64,000 nucleotides of DNA from Eledone cirrhosa. Lineage: Eukaryota. Shown here piece after piece: positions 56,901 to 64,000 of the stretch. The DNA lies in contig OZ024760.1 of the NCBI GenBank assembly GCA_964016885.1, forward strand, positions 14,818,001 through 14,882,000. Reading direction: 5' to 3'. Position numbers and translations under genes: made by a program. Positions within the stretch are counted from its first letter, which is position 1; each line of letters opens with the position of its first letter. The notes under the pieces were generated by a model. The model saw only the letters and a list, made by a program, of their open reading frames with translations. It did not search any database and was not told the DNA's origin.

Positions 56901-57709
56901 CAGCCATTTCTGACCCAAATATTCCCACCTGTTCAAACCGGCTGTAACTAGCCACTCATATGGTTAAGAAATGATTTTCAAAAGCCAGCCATTTCTGACC
57001 CAAATATTCCCATCTGTTCAAACCGGTTGTAACTAGCCACTCATACGGATGTTAAGGAATGGTTTTCAAAAGCCAACCATTTCTGGCCCAAATACTCTCA
57101 CCTGTTCAAACCGGCTGTAACTAGCCACTCATAAGGATGTTAAGGTATGGTTTTCAAAATAAATAATATCAAAATCATATAGATTCGATATGCAAGATAA
57201 AGCCTTTACCATGAAAATACAATAGTAAATATAATAGTAAATATAAAGCAATGTAAATGCTAAAGGATTAAGGACTAGGGTCAGATTAACCCTTTAACAT
57301 TTAAACCGGCCATTTCCGGCCCGAATACTTGCACCTCTTTCTGTTCAAACCAGCTGTAACTAGCCACTCATACTGATTTTAAGGTATGGTTTTCAAAATA
57401 AATAATATCAAAATCTCAAAAATTTGGTATTATGTGAAACAATTATGATGATGATGATGAGATAATTATGTGAGGTAAAGCCCTTACTTCGAAAATACAA
57501 TAGTAAATATAGAGTAATGTAAATACTAAAGGGTTAACCCTTTCATTACCATTTTAATGAAAGACTTTGCCTATGATTTTCAGATGGTGTGATATATTAA
57601 TATACATTTCTCATTATTTAGTTGGTATTTGGAGCATAAGTTTTTTTTTTAATATAAAATTATGATGTAAGGTGCTCATGTTGGTGCCATGATAAAAGTT
57701 CACCTAGTA

Positions 57710-58125
57710 AGGTCTATTACCAGCTTTTGAGGGCCTACATTTCCTATCTAGCCTAGATTTCTTTGGAAGCCTACATTTCATATCTGGCCTGGTCCTATTA
57801 CCAGCGTTGGCGGCCTACATTTCACATATGGCTTCAGGCCTATTACCAGCCTTTGAGGGCCTACATTTCATATCTAGCCTGGGTCTATTACCAGCTTTTG
57901 AGGGCCTACATTTCATATCTAGCCTGGGTCTATTACCAGCTTTTGAGGGCCTACATTTCATATCTGGCCTGGGTCCATTACCAACTTTTGAGGGCCTACA
58001 TTTCATATCTGGCCTGGGTCCATTACCAACTTTTGAGGGCCTACATTTCATATCTAGTCTGGGTTTATTCCCAGTTTCGGGAACCTACATTTCACATCTG
58101 ACTCGAGGCCTATTACAAGCTTTAC
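57710..58125. repeat. 45-bp minisatellite
   Basis: agggcctacatttcatatctagcctgggtctattaccagcttttg units. Confidence 0.9.
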
Positions 58126-59566
58126 ATGGACCTGAAAGTAGGGCGTTTTCAATTTGAAGATGACAAACTTATCTTGTTGAAATATATAAATAGATATACA
58201 GACTCATATACATATGAAATACAGAGAAATACAGACTCAACTGTGATGAGAATTGAATCAACTGGTTTCTTTGTTATTTCTCAGTCACCATTATTCCCTC
58301 ACCTCTTCCAAACTGCCGATGGCAAACATAGAGGAAGCTTACTTATATGTGGTAATGGTAGTGATGATGATGGTGACGCTGTTGGTGATGTTATTGGTTG
58401 TCATGGTGTTGGTGTTTGTGATAGCCTACTACCAGGTCACAACTACAACTAAATACATCAATTTATATTTAAAAAAAAAGATTCATTATAAATATTAACA
58501 GCACAAGCAATAATATATACATAATAATGACAACAATAATAACAGCAATGTTAAAAAAGAATAATAAAATATAGAGGAAAAAGAAAGAAGAAAAAAAGAA
58601 TGGGAAAGGGAGGGTCTAGCAAGAACTGTGGTGTTGCAGAAGAGGGGAGAGGGGTGAAGGGGGTGGGTGATTGGGCTTTGGGTCTAGGGCTTGGGGGCAG
58701 AATATATTTGTAGTTGCACAATAAAATAACATAAGAGTAAGAGTTATTTTTAATAAAGAAGATTTATTAGCAAAAAGGACATTAACTCTTTAATGTTCAA
58801 ACCGGCCAGAATTCTCTACCTCTTTCTGTTGAAACTGACTGTAACTGGCCACTCATACTGATGTTAGGGTATTGTTCTCAAAATAAATATTTTCAAAATC
58901 TCATAGATTTGATATTATGTGAGATAATTATGCGAGGTAAAGCCTTTACCATGAAAATATAATAGTATATATAGAGTAATGTGAATGCTAAAGGGTTAAA
59001 TCAATTTAACAACTAAACTGAAAAAAATAGATTGAGAAGAAAGAATGGAATGTAAAATAAGAAAATATATATATAAAAAAAAAACGGAAAAGGAAGGGAA
59101 AAGTAGAAGCTCTAATGTTAGAGAAGAATGGGGAGGAAGGAGGAGGGCTGATGATGAGCTCTGGGCCTAGGGCGTGGCGGTAATGAGGCTGCACCCTGTG
59201 GTCATGACTGCAAAAGCATTCCCGTTGCCAGCGACACCCGCTGCAACAACCACCCCACCTCGCGGGGACTCCTTCCTCAGCTAGGCGGCTGACGGTCCGA
59301 TCTTGTGGAAGGTGGAGCTCGGCAGTACCGTATATTTTTTTGTCACATCGCCAGTCTGTTGAGCAGATTGATAATGGAGCTGGGTCAATAACTTCTATGG
59401 GTGACCTTGTGCCAATCTTCTGTGAAACACGCATAACAGATTGATACACAATAAAAATTTTATAAATGTAAACAAAACTTCCTCGTTTTTTTTCTAATAT
59501 ATACACTCTGCCTGTTCATAGAATGCTTGTTTTGTTACCACCACCAGTAATTCACTGAATCTCCTA

Positions 59567-59610
<44 letters not shown>

Positions 59611-60372
59611 GTAGAACACTGGAGGGTTATATCCTCCTGAGACATTCTAACTGCATGGCCATAGTATCAGAACTGCGATCCCTCAATTCGGAGAAGTAGC
59701 GTTTCTACCTGGAGTGACTCTCTGATCTCCGAGCTACAAATCTGTCCAGTGATTCTTTCCTGAGACATTCTAACTGCATGGCCATAGTATCAGAGCTGTG
59801 ATCTCTCAATTCGGAGAAGTAACAGTTATACCTGGAGTGACTCTCTGATCTCCGAGCTACTCACTCTGAGGACGATGATGATAAAGATGATGATAATAAT
59901 GATGTATTTGATTAGAATTACAGTGACAAAAGGATTAAAGATTTTTCCACATTCATCGGCTGTTCTCTGCAATGTGTATCTTCACTGCAACAATCACCAG
60001 CTGGTGGCTTTATTCCTTCACATACCCGAAATCAATATCTATTAGATATTTTATTTCACATGTCTTTGGAGCCTAAGTCATCTTCAGATCGTTAACTAAG
60101 TTCCCACAAGATACACACAGGCACACACACACTGCTACTACTACTACTGCCACCACCACTACTACTACTGCTACTACCACCACCACCACTACTACTAATA
60201 CTACTGCCACCACCACCACTACTACTAGTACTGCCACCACCACCACTACCACTACCACCAAAACCACCACCACCACCGCAACTGCCACCAGTACCACAGC
60301 TACTACAGCCACTGACACGATCACCACCACCATCACTACTACTACTACTACTACTTTCTGTTTTGTTTTCAG

Positions 60373-60443
60373 TGAAAGCCACATTACCGCTGTTCACAGT
60401 AATTTTATCCAGAATCCTGCTGGGAGTGAAACAAACGATGTAT
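60373..60443 (+). CDS. SLC35E1: SLC35E1 exon 2
   Basis: ttttcag|VKATLPLFTVILSRILLGVKQTMY|gtaagt; 71 nt. Confidence 0.93.
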
Positions 60444-61341
60444 GTAAGTATTATTGTTGTTTTTATGGATTGGTGGATTTGCAGCATAGAGTTATGTCCC
60501 TTTACATTCTGAGTTCAAATCCCGCCGAATTTAGGTATGCCTTTCATCCTTACGAGGTCGATAAAATAAAGTACCAGTCACACACTGGGGTCAATTTAAT
60601 CAACTTTCCCCTGCCTTAAAATTGCTGGCCTTGTGTCTAAATCAGAAATCAATGGCCCTTTATGTTCTGAGTTCAAATCCTACTGAGGTTAACTATGCCT
60701 TTTATCCTTACGGGGTCGATAAAATAAAGTACCAGTAATGCACTGGGGTAATTGCTGACCTTATGCCAAAAGTAGAAAATTATTAATGATGATGATGATG
60801 ATTATGTACAAGCACAGGCATTGCTTGATATGTGACATTATTTGTGATGCATGGTATTACTGTCCCTAGCAGGACTAAAAGACCACATCCTTGATGCTCA
60901 TGCTTAAGCATCAAGCGATGACATTACTCAAAATCGAGTTGCAGCCATCATATATGTTTGTATGTATGTATGTACATAAGTATGTATGTGTTTGTGTACA
61001 TGTGTGAGTGTGAATGTTTGTTTGTGTGTATTTATGTAGGTGTTCATATATAAGTGTGCATGTACGTATATATATATATATATATACCGTAAATGTGGTT
61101 GCCCACACTGTAAATGTGGTTGGGGTTAGGAAGGGCATCCAACCATAGAAAACCCTTGCCAGATAGTCCCATACGAGCGAGACACGGTCACCCAACTAAT
61201 CTTACCTCAAATGCGACAATTCCCGTCTAACCCATGCTACCGTGGAACATAGACGGTAAATGATGATATATCGGATCGTCGAGTATGAAATTTGCAGAAA
61301 ATAAACTAATTTCTACAAATGTCATACTTGACGACCCACTA

Positions 61342-61372
<31 letters not shown>

Positions 61373-61467
61373 ATAGATATATAATTTGTATATATACAAA
61401 GAAGAGAATACTGGAATAGGGGATTAGAGGAATTCCCACATTTGATTGTATTGCTTTCTTTTCACAG

Positions 61468-61605
61468 ATCTATACCTCTCTGCTGCCCATCATCGGAGGT
61501 GTGATCATCGCCACGGTAACAGAACTCTCCTTTGATATCATCGGACTGATCAGTGCTCTCTTCTCTACCATGGGGTTCTCACTTATGACCATCTTCTCAA
61601 AAAAG
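61468..61605 (+). CDS. SLC35E1: SLC35E1 exon 3 (gene continues beyond window)
   Basis: ttcacag|[46 protein letters not shown]|gttagt. Confidence 0.93.
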
Positions 61606-62589
61606 GTTAGTACAACAACAACAACAATAATAATAATGATAGCTCCAACAGCAACAATGATAATCATGACAATGATAACGACAATGACAATAACGTCATC
61701 AACCACAACAACAATAATAATGATGACAATAACAAAACCCATAACAACAACAATAACAACAACAACAGCAGTAGCAACAACATTAACAACAATAATAAGA
61801 CCAACAACAACAATAGCAGCAATAACAACAACAATAACAACAACAGCGACAACAACAATAGCAGCAATAACAAGACGAATAACAACAACAACAACAATGA
61901 CAATAATAACAATACCAACAACAACAACAATGACAAAACCAATAGCAGCAACAACAACAATAACAGCAGTAGCAACAGCATTAACAACAGCAGCACCAGC
62001 AGCAGTAGTAGCAACAACAACGACAACAGCAGCAGCAGCAGCAGCAATAATAACAACAGCAATAACATCTATAACAAGACGAATAACAAGCACAATAAAA
62101 AAAAACAATGGCAATGACAGTAACATGTAGCATTCACTGCTCCAGCTGGGTGACTGGGGGGGGGTGTGTGTGTGAAGTTAATCCAGTGATGGACTGGTGT
62201 CCTGTCCAGGGGATGAAGTCTTGTACTCTCAGTCGCTTAACACTAATGAAACTTGGAATAAACTCTACCTTGATGAGACACCAGGCCTGTGACAGACAAC
62301 TCTTTCTTTTAAAGTATGTTGTAGCCCAGGGCTTCACTGTCCAGTGTCCTTCTTCCTTGATGATGATCATTATCATCATCAGCATCATCATCACCATTTA
62401 ATGTCTATTTTCCATGCTTGCATATGTTAGACAGGTTGTCAAATTTTGAAGCTAAGCAGATCAGGTGACCATGTCTTGCTCACATGCTCCATTCTGGCTT
62501 GGTTATTATGGCTGGATGCCCTCCCTAATGCCAACCACTTCTATTTTGTTTTAAATATATATTAAAATAAATATTAAAATATATGAAAC

Positions 62590-62995
62590 ACAACGTTTTA
62601 GATGCAAGTCACCAAAATGGGATTCCTCTGAAAGGTCTTTGGAGTAACGTTACTCGATAAAGTGTGTAACTCAGAGATCAGAGAATCTTTCCAGGTAGAG
62701 CCACTACTTCTCCGAATTGAAAGATCACAACTCCGATACTATGGGCATGTGGTTAGAATGTCTCGGGGAAAGAATTGCTGGACATATTTTACGGGCAAAA
62801 CCAACCGGCAGGAGACCCAGGAGTAGACCCCGAGCAAGATGATTGGATAACATCAATGAGCTTGGCTGGTCTTGTTTGGGGATCCAGCTGGATTAATTGG
62901 AGACAGTTGCTTCTGACAGGACCCACTGGAAGGTGTGTTTGAGGACTCTGCCTCCACAACCATCTCAGGAATAAGTGGGCAAAGAAGAAGATAAT
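62590..62995 (+). mobile_element. RTE-type LINE 3' fragment, third family (related duplicated pieces at about 59630-59870, - strand)
   Basis: EPLLLRIERSQLRYYGHVVRM...GRRPRSRPRAR. Confidence 0.7.
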
Positions 62996-64000
62996 GGTTA
63001 TTAAGTATATTAGTTTTTCTTTGGGTCTCTTTTGTTCTAGTCATGGATCAGCGCTGGAATGTCTGCATTGTACCCTACATTTTACCCTGCATTGTACCCT
63101 ACATTGTACCCTATCTATATGTAGGTCTACATTTATGTACTTTTAATGTTTACTAGACCCATTGGGTCACATTCACTTAAAAATATTTTTACAAAAATAT
63201 TTTTTTTAAATCATGTTCACTTAAAAATAATTTTTTAGTAATTAAAATATACACAGACATGTATATAATGTGAAATGAAACTGGAAGGCCCATATATATA
63301 TATGTGTGTATGTATATATATAAATGTGTGTGTGTGTGTACATATATATATGTACGTGTGTGTTTATATGTATTTGTGGCTGTCTGCGATCTATATATAC
63401 ACTGGTCATAGACACATATACTCACTTATATATATACACAACACCACCAGCTCTCTCTCACTTCCATTCTCCTCTCTCTATGTCTCTCTTTCAATCTACT
63501 CTCTCACAACCACTATCTCTTTCTCTCTATCTTTCTCTCTCTCTCTGTTTATGAAGGTACCCGGAAAAACCCCATATCTTGGAAACTCATGCTCTGATTT
63601 ACGCAAAAATTGTTTTATTCCATTTGTATTCCCATTTCAGGGGCAACTTCCTTTCAAAGTATTTTCCCACTATGCACCCTTTTGGCTGTATTACATTACA
63701 AACAAACAAGCAAGCAAGCAATCACAGAGTTTTTTGGGGAAAATAAAAAAAATGTTGTTTAGCCCAGGGGCTCTGGTTGCTCTTACCTGGCCCTGGTAGG
63801 TAACAGTTGGCTGTGATCATGGGAGATTATTTTCACAGTTGTGTGAAAGTTGAGATGAAATATAGGGAGGGTGATAGAAAAGTATGTAATAGAATCTGGT
63901 AAAACGGGTTGGCGGAGGGTGGGGTAGGTGGGTGCCGGCAAGAGAGGGAGTGGTTGAAAAGGAGGGAGGGGTGAGAAAGAGAAAGGTGTGTGAAATTATA

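Noticed and set aside
61606-62130. Thr-rich 209-aa ORF
   Set aside because: Read-through past the SLC35E1 exon 3 donor into (ACA)n

Overview
Eukaryotic, very repeat-rich DNA. The SINE/RTE/(TA)n landscape suggests an octopod cephalopod (inference). Most ORF-track entries are simple-repeat artefacts, so I assembled genes by hand from GT-AG boundaries and reading-frame phase. (1) + strand 126-18658: the last 9 exons (366 aa visible) of an uncharacterised type-I membrane protein with a beta-rich LolA/ependymin-like ectodomain, SEA-like region, S/T stalk, TM helix and DxxxLL tail. (2) - strand 31045-47149: MUTYH adenine glycosylase, 15 exons plus two phase-compatible candidate first exons (48708-48735, 51265-51310). 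(3) + strand from 51701: exons 1-3 of SLC35E1, head-to-head with MUTYH. Also present: a decayed Helitron with nested mariner/MITE/SINE insertions, an intact non-autonomous Helitron, a CR1/L2-group LINE, many RTE fragments and SINEs, TTAA-flanked piggyBac-type MITEs (one seeding a 93-bp satellite), minisatellites and about 10 kb of (TA)n-AGCA repeat with a 200-N gap. The most notable unannotated signal is a dispersed set of hammerhead-ribozyme-like motifs, often inside long palindromes (Penelope-like pLTR relics). One is a near-perfect 129-bp palindrome carrying a hammerhead on each strand in the predicted MUTYH 3'UTR.
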